Below are positions 46,764 through 55,744 of a stretch of DNA of 64,000 nt, one piece after another. The notes beneath the pieces are model-generated. The model searched no databases, was not told where the DNA came from, and worked only from the letters and a program-made list of their open reading frames with translations. A program made the translations under genes and the position numbers. The stretch's first letter is position 1, and the number at the start of each line of letters is the position of its first letter. This stretch comes from an uncultured Acetatifactor sp. (GTDB taxonomy: Bacteria > Bacillota > Clostridia > Lachnospirales > Lachnospiraceae): NCBI GenBank assembly GCA_910586775.1, contig CAJUJN010000006.1, positions 26,344-90,343 of the forward strand, given 5' to 3'.

Positions 46764-47735
46764 TTAACCGCGCTGCTCCAGCGCTGACGCAATGTCCTCC
46801 CTCATATCCAGTACTGCCGCCCTGGAAGCATCCGCATACCCCTGCTCACCGAAGCGGGCATACTTCTCCTGCTGATACGCCGCAATGATTCCTCTGGAAG
46901 AATTGATGATTGCCCCCAAACCGTCCTCGTTAAAGAAATGTACCAAATCCGCACCTTTTCCGCCCTGGGCACCGTAGCCGGGTACCAGAATGAAGGTCTT
47001 CGGCATCATCTTACGCAGGATTTTCCCCTGTTCCGGGTAAGTGGCACCCACCACGGCGCCCACATAGCTGTAGGAGCCTTCCTCCGGCATGCACTGCTCT
47101 CCCCACTCCGCAACATACCTGCCAACAACCTCATACAGCGGCCTGTCTCCCTCTTCTCCCGATGTCTCCTCTCCGGCTGTCCCCTTCACCAGACGGTCCT
47201 GCAATTCCCCGCTGCTGGGATTGGAAGTCTTGACCAGCACAAAGATACCTTTCTTCTCCTCCGCACATACTTTCAGGAACGGCTTCACCCCGTCAGAGCC
47301 AAGATAAGGGTTCACCGTCGTAAAGTCCTCACCAAATGCGCTGAAGAAATGGTTTCCCACCTGTACCTTTCCCAGATGTCCCACTGCATAAGCCTCAGAT
47401 GTGGAGCCGATATCTCCGCGCTTCACATCCCCGATGACCACCAGCTCCTTCTCCTTACAGTAATCTACCGTCTTCCGAAAGGCAATCATTCCCGGGATTC
47501 CGAACTGCTCATACATGGCAATCTGGGGCTTCACCGCAGGCACCAGGTCATAGATGGCATCCACAATTCCCTTATTAAACTGCCATATGGCCTCCGCAGC
47601 ACCTTCCAGCGTCTCGCCGTACTCCGCAAAAGCCGCTTTCCGGATATGCTCCGGCACATACTTCATCATGGGGTCCAACCCTACCACGATGGGGGCATTG
47701 GTTTTACGAATCTTCGATATCAGTTTGTTAATCAT
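46764..47735 (-). CDS. pyrF: Orotidine 5-prime-phosphate decarboxylase, type 2
   Basis: APIVVGLDP, VIGDVKRGDIGST and LVKTSNPSS motifs, 323 aa. RBS AAGGGAG. Confidence 0.9.
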   Translation of the reverse strand: MINKLISKIRKTNAPIVVGLDPMMKYVPEHIRKAAFAEYGETLEGAAEAIWQFNKGIVDAIYDLVPAVKPQIAMYEQFGIPGMIAFRKTVDYCKEKELVVIGDVKRGDIGSTSEAYAVGHLGKVQVGNHFFSAFGEDFTTVNPYLGSDGVKPFLKVCAEEKKGIFVLVKTSNPSSGELQDRLVKGTAGEETSGEEGDRPLYEVVGRYVAEWGEQCMPEEGSYSYVGAVVGATYPEQGKILRKMMPKTFILVPGYGAQGGKGADLVHFFNEDGLGAIINSSRGIIAAYQQEKYARFGEQGYADASRAAVLDMREDIASALEQRG

Positions 47736-47752
47736 TTCTTCTCCCTTCTTAT

Positions 47753-47904
47753 TTATAGTTCCGCGTATGCCCTTCCGTCACCCTGGCTTGGGCAGAACAA
47801 TTTCTGTCCCAAATGCAGGGCCAGCAATTGTTCTGGGGTACCGGACGGGCATACGCTGTTTTATAGTTCCGCGTATGCCCTTCCGTCACCCTGGCTTGGG
47901 CAGA
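47753..47904 (-). promoter_or_regulatory. Structured pyrF leader with an exact 44-nt direct repeat and alternative pairings
   Basis: 47753-47796 is identical (44/44) to 47861-47904. GGGCATACGC (47847-47856) can pair with GCGTATGCCC at either 47763-47772 or 47871-47880. Confidence 0.5.
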
Positions 47905-47970
47905 GGCCTGGGCAACGCAATTGCTTTACACATCTTATCATTCCGGTTGTAGAAAGTCAATGCGCCGATG

Positions 47971-49551
47971 CTACGCAGTCTCCATATTATAGAAATTCAG
48001 CATGGCAATCACCATGAAAACGATAGTAAACAGTATCAGGAACACATCCATCAGCACATATGCCTGGACGATGCCCCCAACGGCCATCCCCAGCACGCCT
48101 CCTATCACTGCCGCCATCGCCGCCATGCCCTGGATCAGCATCTGCAGCAGCTGCTTTCCGAACCTGCCCAGCGTGCTGCCGCACACCGCTTCCGCCACCG
48201 CCAGGGCATACAGCTTATTTGCCGAAAAAAACACATGAAACACAATGGCCAGCACCGTGACCAGCGGTGAAAGTCCCATGGCAATGGCTCCCGGCAAAGC
48301 AATCAGACAGGCATTCACCAGGCTCTGGATATGCTGCATCGCCGTAGCGTTTATTAATTTATTAAAAACCGAATCCGGTATCAGGTAGGTATAGGGAGAC
48401 AAAAGCTCCTTTGCCCACTTCCCATTCAGTGCCGTAAATATAAAAATGACATAAGCCGACATAATGGGAAGTATAAAGGGCGCATACCTTTCCAATCCAC
48501 CAAAATCCCCTTCCCGGATATAGAGATATGCCACCCCTGCGCCCGCCAACACTGCCACTACAGTACTGCCGTCAAATATAAAATACCTGCTCTTCTTATA
48601 TTCCAGCAGCTGCCTGTAAAATAACGCCCTGGCACCGTGCCCCTGCCAGTTTACCCTCGCCTTGCCAAATTTCTGCTTTCTGCCCAGGCGTCTCTGGGTA
48701 TTGCCCTGCCTACGGCTCTCCAGCACCTCCTCGTAGTCCTCGGCAAATTTCATGACATCCTCATAGAAATCCCCTGTGCACTTCATTCTCCATGCTGCCG
48801 CCACTATCATTGCCACCAACAGGATATAGCAAACCGTTCCTGCTGCGCTTACAACCGTAACTTCCAGAAACAGCAGGTGCAGCACTGCGATATACCATCC
48901 GATCACAGGCACCAGCTGAAGCATATCACTGTGCAGATAATCCGCCACCGTCTGAAAGCTTAATCCCCCTCGGAAATAAGCCAGGATCCCCATAAACACC
49001 AGGATTCCAACCAGTCCGTAAGCCGCCTTCACCACCAGCCCCCTCTGCTTCTCTCCCATACGTTCGGAGCCGTAAAGCAGCAGCATGATACCGCCCTCCA
49101 TCACATTTTCAATAAATATAGAAAATACAAAATAGACAGCCAGCCTCCACCCCTCCGCATGGAACAGCACCTTTCCGCACACAATAACAAAAAGATTCAT
49201 CACAAGCTGCATTGCCAGTGTCCTTATATGTGCATACACCAATACCTGCTTGGGACTGACCGGAGCCGGAAACAGAAAATGTACGTCACTGTTCCTGTAT
49301 ACCAGTCCTTTCCGTTTGGAATAAGCGATCAGATTCGCCGGAATCGTCCAGAATGCAAATACCGTCAGCACTGTTACCAGGCCTTTGGCAGAGTCCGCCC
49401 CCATCATATCCACCGTCATCCGCAGTGACATAGGAACCGCCGTCATGTAAAACAGTAACAGCAGAAGATAAATATACGTAACCGGCTTGCGCAAAGCCAT
49501 TCTAACACGGTTGCGCAACATCCTAAGGTAGAGATAGCCCATTGCACCCAT
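47971..49551 (-). CDS. Putative ABC exporter permease (large polytopic membrane protein)
   Basis: 526-aa ORF with many TM helices. It starts 3 nt after the ATPase gene stop. Confidence 0.8.
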   Translation of the reverse strand: MGAMGYLYLRMLRNRVRMALRKPVTYIYLLLLLFYMTAVPMSLRMTVDMMGADSAKGLVTVLTVFAFWTIPANLIAYSKRKGLVYRNSDVHFLFPAPVSPKQVLVYAHIRTLAMQLVMNLFVIVCGKVLFHAEGWRLAVYFVFSIFIENVMEGGIMLLLYGSERMGEKQRGLVVKAAYGLVGILVFMGILAYFRGGLSFQTVADYLHSDMLQLVPVIGWYIAVLHLLFLEVTVVSAAGTVCYILLVAMIVAAAWRMKCTGDFYEDVMKFAEDYEEVLESRRQGNTQRRLGRKQKFGKARVNWQGHGARALFYRQLLEYKKSRYFIFDGSTVVAVLAGAGVAYLYIREGDFGGLERYAPFILPIMSAYVIFIFTALNGKWAKELLSPYTYLIPDSVFNKLINATAMQHIQSLVNACLIALPGAIAMGLSPLVTVLAIVFHVFFSANKLYALAVAEAVCGSTLGRFGKQLLQMLIQGMAAMAAVIGGVLGMAVGGIVQAYVLMDVFLILFTIVFMVIAMLNFYNMETA

Positions 49552-49554
49552 CGC

Positions 49555-50391
49555 CTATATCCTGTCCTTTCCGTCTTTCTGTCCGACGCCTTCCGCTCTC
49601 GCCATGGCCTGTCCGGCGTCACCTCCTCCCGCCATGCCCTTTTCTTCTCTCTCCTGTACACTTCCGCTGTTTACGGGCTCCTGTGTCCGCCCGGAACCCG
49701 CGCCCTGCCCTGTCACGGAAAAATACAGTGTCTCCAGATCCTCATCCGCCACTGTTTCCCTGGCATAAGTCCCGACAATATGCCCTTTATCCATCACAAA
49801 GGTCACATCCCACAGTTCCTTCACCATCTCCAGCATATGAGTGCTGATCAGAACCGTGCACCCTTCCGCCTTCAATTCCAATATCACCTCTTTTAATTCC
49901 TTGATCGCCGCAGGGTCCAGACCCACCATAGGCTCGTCCAACAGGATAACTTTGGGCTTTATCACCAATGCGCAGCATATACTGACCTTCTGCATCATGC
50001 CCTTGGAAAGCTCATTTCCAAGCTTTTCCTGCTTATCCGTCAATTCAAACCTTTCGAACAGACACTCCACTTCCGCTTCCGTAACATCCACCCCGTAAGC
50101 CCTGGTAATAAATTCAATATGCTCCCTTACTGTCAGGGCATCATACATATAGGGCAGCTCCGGCACATAGGCGAAACACCGTTTTGCTTCCAGACTCCTG
50201 GCATCCTGTCTCTGGATACGAATTGAGCCCTTATACCGCAGCAATCCCGCAATACTCTTGATCACGGTGGATTTTCCCGCCCCGTTCGGCCCCAGCAGTA
50301 TCCCGATTCTCCCGTCAGGCACCGTAAAGCCGATATGGTCCGCCGCCAGCGTTTTTCCGTATTTTTTCGTCAAATCACTTACTTCTAACAT
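49555..50391 (-). CDS. ABC transporter ATP-binding protein with Gly/Glu-rich C-terminal tail
   Basis: GPNGAGKST, LSKGMMQKV and ILLDEP motifs. Confidence 0.9.
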   Translation of the reverse strand: MLEVSDLTKKYGKTLAADHIGFTVPDGRIGILLGPNGAGKSTVIKSIAGLLRYKGSIRIQRQDARSLEAKRCFAYVPELPYMYDALTVREHIEFITRAYGVDVTEAEVECLFERFELTDKQEKLGNELSKGMMQKVSICCALVIKPKVILLDEPMVGLDPAAIKELKEVILELKAEGCTVLISTHMLEMVKELWDVTFVMDKGHIVGTYARETVADEDLETLYFSVTGQGAGSGRTQEPVNSGSVQEREEKGMAGGGDAGQAMARAEGVGQKDGKDRI

Positions 50392-50510
50392 GCCTTCCTC
50401 TTTTCTGTCAACTCATTTTCCCTTTACCTATACCTATACGCCCCTGCAGCCCAAACCGCGCCGCAACTTTTCACATGATACATCGATTTATTAGAGTAAA
50501 CCCCCATGCC

Positions 50511-50740
50511 TTTATTTTGACTGCGCGGTTTCCGCAGGCCGGATACAGATCTTTCACAGAAAACCCGCTCCAACAAGCTGCCCCACCACGCATGAAAGTC
50601 GAGGGTTTCCTATGGATGCACACAAACCGCAAGATGTGCCGCCTTTGGGCATGCGGTTTGGCGCACAATCCGAATAAGCAAAAGAGTTTATTCGGACTGT
50701 GCGATTTCCGCAGGTTTGATACAGACCTTTCACAGCAAAA
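50511..50740. repeat. Two ~54-nt direct repeats 176 nt apart flanking two strong hairpins; the second copy overlaps the traX stop
   Basis: 50511-50564 is about 83% identical to 50687-50740. Hairpins lie at 50623-50660 and 50661-50703. Confidence 0.7.
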
Positions 50741-51755
50741 CAATCCCCCCCAGCCCCAACAGGACCGAAATAATATATAGCAACAGCAGATGCACCGGAT
50801 AAAATGCATAGAAGAAATATTTCATCTTCAGTCCCCTCTTCCCGTTATACAGGGCAATGGGAATCGCTGCCAGAAAAGCCGGAATCTCACTGACGGACAT
50901 AAGGGTAAGCACTACGCAGCCCGCCAGCATGGCTGTCACCTTATGCTTCCGGAATATATACATGACTGTAATCGTCAGAACTCCCATTCCGCCGTAATCC
51001 GTGCGCAGATATTCCGCCAGAAACATCATCGCCACCAGCACCATGACATCCGCACAGACTGTCTGCACATGCCGCAGCCCCTTCTTTCTTCCATACAAAA
51101 CCAGTGCCAGGACAGTAACCGCGCACACTACTCCCACCGTTACCGCCAGGTCTCTCCCGGCCCCATAACCGGACGGCGCTGCCATCCACACCACTATAAA
51201 AGCAGCGGGAGAAAGCACTCCCGTAACCGTCAGAAACATCCTCAATATCCCCGGAAGCTCCTTCTCCGCATCCTGCTCACATTTGCCAAAATAAGCATAT
51301 CCGCACATCCCCAGAAGCCCCAGCAACAAAGTGAAATATACATTCTGATATCCCCAATGAAAGAAACGCCCCGTAACCGCCAGATCAAAGGGAATATCCG
51401 AAATCAACGCAAATATCCCCAGCCGCAGCGCATATTTTCTCACATTCCGGCTCCGCTGAAACCCCTCCACCAGCAAAAAGCAGAAAATCGGAAAGCCCAG
51501 CCTGCCAATCATCCGCATAATCGTCATCCCATAATACAGCACGGCATTTTCCCCCAGCCAACTGATAATCTGGTTCTCCGTGCCCCTGACAGCATCCAGA
51601 TAACCATTCGCAATCACCTGCCTGGTCAGAACCGCTGCCGCGAAGTGGTCGATCAGCATTGCAACTACCGCCGCAATCTTGACAGTGCTCCCGCTGATTC
51701 CCTTCCTTTCACCCGATGTACTGACTGTCCGTCCCTGCAACTGCACACTATCCAT
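50730..51755 (-). CDS. traX: TraX family acyltransferase-like membrane protein
   Basis: KIAAVVAMLIDHFAAAVL and a polytopic profile, 341 aa. Confidence 0.85.
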   Translation of the reverse strand: MDSVQLQGRTVSTSGERKGISGSTVKIAAVVAMLIDHFAAAVLTRQVIANGYLDAVRGTENQIISWLGENAVLYYGMTIMRMIGRLGFPIFCFLLVEGFQRSRNVRKYALRLGIFALISDIPFDLAVTGRFFHWGYQNVYFTLLLGLLGMCGYAYFGKCEQDAEKELPGILRMFLTVTGVLSPAAFIVVWMAAPSGYGAGRDLAVTVGVVCAVTVLALVLYGRKKGLRHVQTVCADVMVLVAMMFLAEYLRTDYGGMGVLTITVMYIFRKHKVTAMLAGCVVLTLMSVSEIPAFLAAIPIALYNGKRGLKMKYFFYAFYPVHLLLLYIISVLLGLGGIVLL

Positions 51756-51833
51756 TTTCGTCCCTTTTCCTCCCTGCTTTCAATTCGGCTCTCATACGAA
51801 TTTTTATTCTTCATATATACTGACTCGATTAAC

Positions 51834-51862
51834 ATCATAAAATATACCATAGCATTTGTCAA
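51834..51862 (-). promoter_or_regulatory. Candidate sigma-A promoter of traX
   Basis: On the minus strand: TTGACA (51862-51857), a 17-nt spacer, then TATGAT (51839-51834). Confidence 0.45.
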
Positions 51863-51971
51863 TTAGCGCTGTCAAACTTCTGTCACTTTTCGCCGGGTCA
51901 CATGCCCCTGCCCCCCGGACCTGCAGTGCCGCCTGTGCCGTTGCCGGCATTTGCCCTGTGGAAATCCCCGT

Positions 51972-52005
51972 CCAAAAACAGGGCAGGCTCCTGCAGCCTG
52001 CCCTG
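51972..52005 (-). terminator. Rho-independent terminator after the orphan response regulator
   Basis: CAGGGCAGGC (51979-51988) pairs with GCCTGCCCTG (51996-52005). On the minus strand it is followed by TTTTTGG. Confidence 0.85.
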
Positions 52006-52028
52006 AAACCATATCTCCCGTCAAGGAT

Positions 52029-52727
52029 TCACCCCACCTTATATCCATTGCCCCAGACCACTTTCAGATACCTGGGCTCCTTGGGGTTCTTCTCTATCTT
52101 CTCCCTGATATGCCTGATATGTACTGCTATGGTATTGTCGGCGCCAATCGCCTGCATATGCCAGATATTTTCATAGATCTGGCTGTTGGAAAATACCTTT
52201 CCTTTCTGCTGTACCAGCAGCCGCAATATCTTATATTCAATCGGCGTCAGCCTTACAGCCCTGCCTTCCACCGTCACCTTCCTCTGAACATCATCTATCA
52301 CCAGCTCATCCACCTTGTAAATCCGGTCAATATTGGCACACATATTCACCAGCTGAATGTATCTGCGCAGCTGAGACTTTATCCTTGCCAGCAGCTCCAG
52401 GGGATTACAGTCCACCGTGACATAATCGTCCGCTCCCGCCTCCAGCGCCATGATCTTTGCCGTCTCCGCAGACTGGGCGGAAACCACGATCAGCGGTATG
52501 CTGCTCTTATTCCTCAAATTTGCGATCATCTCGATTCCCTTATCCCAACCCTTATCGTTCAACTCCACATCCACCAGCATCAGGTGAATCTCCAGCCGCT
52601 TCAGTATCCCGTACAAATCCTCCACATCTGCAGCTACCACAACAGAGAGCCCTTCTCCTGCGCAAAGGGGTATCATCTTCTCAGCAATTCCTGTCTGATT
52701 GTTATATATCAGAATATTCCTCTTCAT
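52029..52727 (-). CDS. OmpR-family winged-helix regulator with atypical (pseudo-)receiver domain
   Basis: The output domain TIAVHIRHIREKIEKNP...YLKVVWGNGYK is canonical. In the receiver, ILIYNNQTG replaces the DD pocket and YVTVDCNP replaces the K-P-F motif. Confidence 0.88.
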   Translation of the reverse strand: MKRNILIYNNQTGIAEKMIPLCAGEGLSVVVAADVEDLYGILKRLEIHLMLVDVELNDKGWDKGIEMIANLRNKSSIPLIVVSAQSAETAKIMALEAGADDYVTVDCNPLELLARIKSQLRRYIQLVNMCANIDRIYKVDELVIDDVQRKVTVEGRAVRLTPIEYKILRLLVQQKGKVFSNSQIYENIWHMQAIGADNTIAVHIRHIREKIEKNPKEPRYLKVVWGNGYKVG

Positions 52728-52884
52728 CGTATCCTCTCCATCCTTTCCTATATTATAACGGCATCCTGATTTCCTTTTCCGAAATCCCTCTTCTTAAGAA
52801 CGCCTCCGCTGCGGAAGCAAATCATATGCCGTCCCGTTTTCACTTTTTACAGCCATCCGCCGTATTCCCCCGGCGGACGGCCTG

Positions 52885-53769
52885 TCACTCCTGAAAATAT
52901 ACCGACAGATCAAGTCCGTACAAAATCCTTTCGACCACGCTCTGGTCAAATCCCTCGAAAGAAAGTGTCAGGTCTCTGCCATTCACGGATATGGCCGCAT
53001 GCACAGATATGACTGCCTCATTTTCATCCACCGAATCAATCACCACATAATTCAGTCCCTGGCTGTTTGTAAAGCTTCTCTCATTCCTGCTCTCTCCCAT
53101 ATAGGCAGTGGCAGAGCTGTAGCTTTCATATCCCCTGTTATCAGACTGGCTCATGGTAAAATACACATCCTCATTGCTCAAAGATATCAAAACACGCCTT
53201 CCCTCATCTATGACATGCACATTCTCATTTGTAAATTCCATCCCCAGAAGCTTCCCGTCCAAAACCGGAACTGCTCCCGCCAAATCGGACTGAGCAAAAA
53301 AAGTTTCCAGAGAATTATATTCATCCATCTGAGGCTCATATTCTATTATCTCAACCTCTTCTGAAATATTCTCGTCAGGGATATCTCCCTCTGTGGAAAA
53401 TACCCCCCCTGTTTTCAAAATTGACGCGGTATCGGGAATTCCCTTCCCGTTTTCCGTCTCCGGCAGAGCATCCTCGTTGGTAATGACAAAACCATTGTCA
53501 TTCACCCTGATAATGCTGTTCCGAAAGTTCTTCGCCGCCACAGTCCCTGCGCCGCACAGAAGAAACACCGCTGCCACAGTACACCCTCTTGTGATCAGGT
53601 ACTTTCTTCCCTGCTTCAGCATCTTGTAATGATGCACCTCATCCTGTACCCTGTCCGCATCCATATGTAATTTGGGCAGTTCGTCTACCGCTTCCCGATA
53701 TACATCCGTAAATTGATCCAAAGCCGTTCCCCCCCTGATCTCAAGTCCAACCGGCGCATTACATCTCAT
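52885..53769 (-). CDS. Anti-sigma factor-like single-pass membrane protein
   Basis: One TM helix, TVAAVFLLCGAGTVAA, followed by an extracytoplasmic domain. It overlaps the sigma gene stop by 11 nt. Confidence 0.65.
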   Translation of the reverse strand: MRCNAPVGLEIRGGTALDQFTDVYREAVDELPKLHMDADRVQDEVHHYKMLKQGRKYLITRGCTVAAVFLLCGAGTVAAKNFRNSIIRVNDNGFVITNEDALPETENGKGIPDTASILKTGGVFSTEGDIPDENISEEVEIIEYEPQMDEYNSLETFFAQSDLAGAVPVLDGKLLGMEFTNENVHVIDEGRRVLISLSNEDVYFTMSQSDNRGYESYSSATAYMGESRNERSFTNSQGLNYVVIDSVDENEAVISVHAAISVNGRDLTLSFEGFDQSVVERILYGLDLSVYFQE

Positions 53770-54319
53770 AGCGGGAATGCAATGCTTTTCTCAGCAGTTC
53801 CCTTCCTCTGGTCAGCTGCGAGGTCACTGTAGATTCCAACCGGCCCGTAACCTTCGAAATTTCCTTTACAGAAAGCTCTTCATAATAGAAAAGGTGAATC
53901 ACATCGCGATATTTCGCCGGAAGGGCAAGCACTGCATTCAGCAGCAGGCTCTTTTCCTCCTTTTGAAATGCTGCCTCCTCCGGTCCCGGCTCATAAGATT
54001 CTAAATCCGGACAGGAAGCCTCAGGCCACGTTTCCTCCTGCCGCTCCCCCTCGGGCCGCCAGTCGCTGCGGTGCCTGTGCCATGCGCTGCGCCATACCTT
54101 GCGGCAGGCGTTCATAGTAACCTTCAGCAGCCAGGCCTTCTCATGCTCGGGACTCTGAAATGCCTGAGGATTTTTAATATACTGGTAAAAAACCTCCTGC
54201 ACCACATCCTCCGCATCCTGCACATTCTGAAGGCGTATGTAACTGAGTTTGAACAACATATCACCGTACTGGTCAATTTTAAGTTGTAGTTCTCTCTCTT
54301 CCGTACCTGCCATCGCCAT
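53759..54319 (-). CDS. ECF-type RNA polymerase sigma-70 family factor
   Basis: Region 2 DAEDVVQEVF and region 4 LPAKYRDVIHLFYYEELSVKEISKVTG, with an acidic linker of about 45 aa between them. Confidence 0.88.
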   Translation of the reverse strand: MAMAGTEERELQLKIDQYGDMLFKLSYIRLQNVQDAEDVVQEVFYQYIKNPQAFQSPEHEKAWLLKVTMNACRKVWRSAWHRHRSDWRPEGERQEETWPEASCPDLESYEPGPEEAAFQKEEKSLLLNAVLALPAKYRDVIHLFYYEELSVKEISKVTGRLESTVTSQLTRGRELLRKALHSRYEM

Positions 54320-54440
54320 ATTCTTTTAAGTACGACCTCTTCTATTTATTAATATCCCGAAGCATATCGTTTTACTGCAAATATTGTAAAATAAATTTGT
54401 ATCAAAGTTGCATAGATTCCTTCGCCATCTTGTAAAAAGT

Positions 54441-54476
54441 ATCACATAAAGAGAGCGTGCCCTGTGCACGCTCTCT
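54441..54476 (-). terminator. Rho-independent terminator after ytvI
   Basis: AGAGAGCGTGC (54450-54460) pairs with GCACGCTCTCT (54466-54476). On the minus strand it is followed by TTTATGTG. Confidence 0.7.
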
Positions 54477-54508
54477 AATATATAGACTGCTTTTACACCC
54501 GAAAAGTT

Positions 54509-55744
54509 TCACTTTTTCGAATTTTTTTTATTTTTTAGGGGAGTTTCATCCGACTTACTTTCTTCGGCCAGTTTTCCGGCCGCCCTCGCATTCCGAAACT
54601 GCATCTCCTCCACATCGGACAAATCTTCCTTCTCCAGACTGCGGAAGCGGTTCACCCCTGCCAGCAGAATCAGTATGCTGTTCTTTGTAGTGTCAAATGC
54701 GCCGTCCTCGTACAAAGTATACACAAGCAGTCCCACCGGAACAGCCACAATCATTCCTACCACACCACCCACCTTATAACCTATGAACAGCAGAAACAAT
54801 GTGGGAAGCGGCGGCACACCGATGGAATCCCCCACAATCTTGGGCTGTATCAGCTGTCTCGCCAACTGTCCCACGCCCCATATCACCAGAAGCCCTATGG
54901 CAGTCTTATATTCCGCAGTCAGAATCCGTATCACCGCCCACGGGATCAGCACCGTCCCCGTACCCAGAAACGGCAGGAAATCAAGGATTGCGATAACCAA
55001 AGCTATCAGGCCGAAATAATTCACCTTGAGAATTCCGAGCCCCACCAACAACAAAAAATACATCCACACTTCTATCTTCAGCTGAGCCTTCAGATATCCG
55101 CCCACAGACTTCACCAGGCTGCCCCGAACCATGCGGTAGCGCAGCAGCACCACTGCCGGCATATGCTTGCGGAACCATTCATTGATATGGTGCCTCTCTG
55201 CCACAAAGAAATAAGAGGAAAGCAGCGCCATGATCACACCGATGAATATGGCCGGAAGCAGCTTCGCAAAGTTTCCGGCCGCTTCAATGGTGGGCGAGCC
55301 GAACTTTTCCAGGAGCTCCCCTATATAGGAGTCCAACTCCAGTACATTGTTGTCCAGATTCAGATGCAGGCCTCCGGGAAGCCTGTCAAGCAGTTGGTTC
55401 AGATTCGCCGCAATACTGTTGAAGTCGTTCTCTGCCTTCTCCAGCATTTCCGGCAGGGCCCCCGTCAGTCCCTTCACCTGTTCAAAAAGCTGTGCACATA
55501 CGATATAAATCACCAGCACCACCAAAGCAATCACTGCCACAATCACGAATGCGCTGCCTATTTTTCTCTTTAATTTTACTTTCTCCTCAAAGAAACGCAC
55601 CAGCGGACTTGCAATCAAGGCTATGACCCAGCCTGCCACAAAAGGCGCAAAGAAGACAAGTGCCCTTGGAAAAAGCCATACAACACCAATCAGTATGATG
55701 GCCGCTACCGCCAGGTTCACCAGGGCTTTGCAGTATTTCCTCAT
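54509..55744 (-). CDS. ytvI: AI-2E family transporter / sporulation integral membrane protein YtvI-like
   Basis: 411-aa polytopic protein. It overlaps engB by 4 nt. Confidence 0.8.
   Translation of the reverse strand: MRKYCKALVNLAVAAIILIGVVWLFPRALVFFAPFVAGWVIALIASPLVRFFEEKVKLKRKIGSAFVIVAVIALVVLVIYIVCAQLFEQVKGLTGALPEMLEKAENDFNSIAANLNQLLDRLPGGLHLNLDNNVLELDSYIGELLEKFGSPTIEAAGNFAKLLPAIFIGVIMALLSSYFFVAERHHINEWFRKHMPAVVLLRYRMVRGSLVKSVGGYLKAQLKIEVWMYFLLLVGLGILKVNYFGLIALVIAILDFLPFLGTGTVLIPWAVIRILTAEYKTAIGLLVIWGVGQLARQLIQPKIVGDSIGVPPLPTLFLLFIGYKVGGVVGMIVAVPVGLLVYTLYEDGAFDTTKNSILILLAGVNRFRSLEKEDLSDVEEMQFRNARAAGKLAEESKSDETPLKNKKNSKK

Noticed and set aside
45641-47904. Tandem or direct repeats that could be mistaken for a CRISPR array: the 60-nt units at 45641-45880 and the 44-nt repeat pair at 47753-47904.
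   Set aside because: The 60-nt units are contiguous, with no spacers, and are in frame inside a CDS. The 44-nt repeat has only two copies, and part of the intervening sequence is complementary to the repeat. No cas genes are present in the window.
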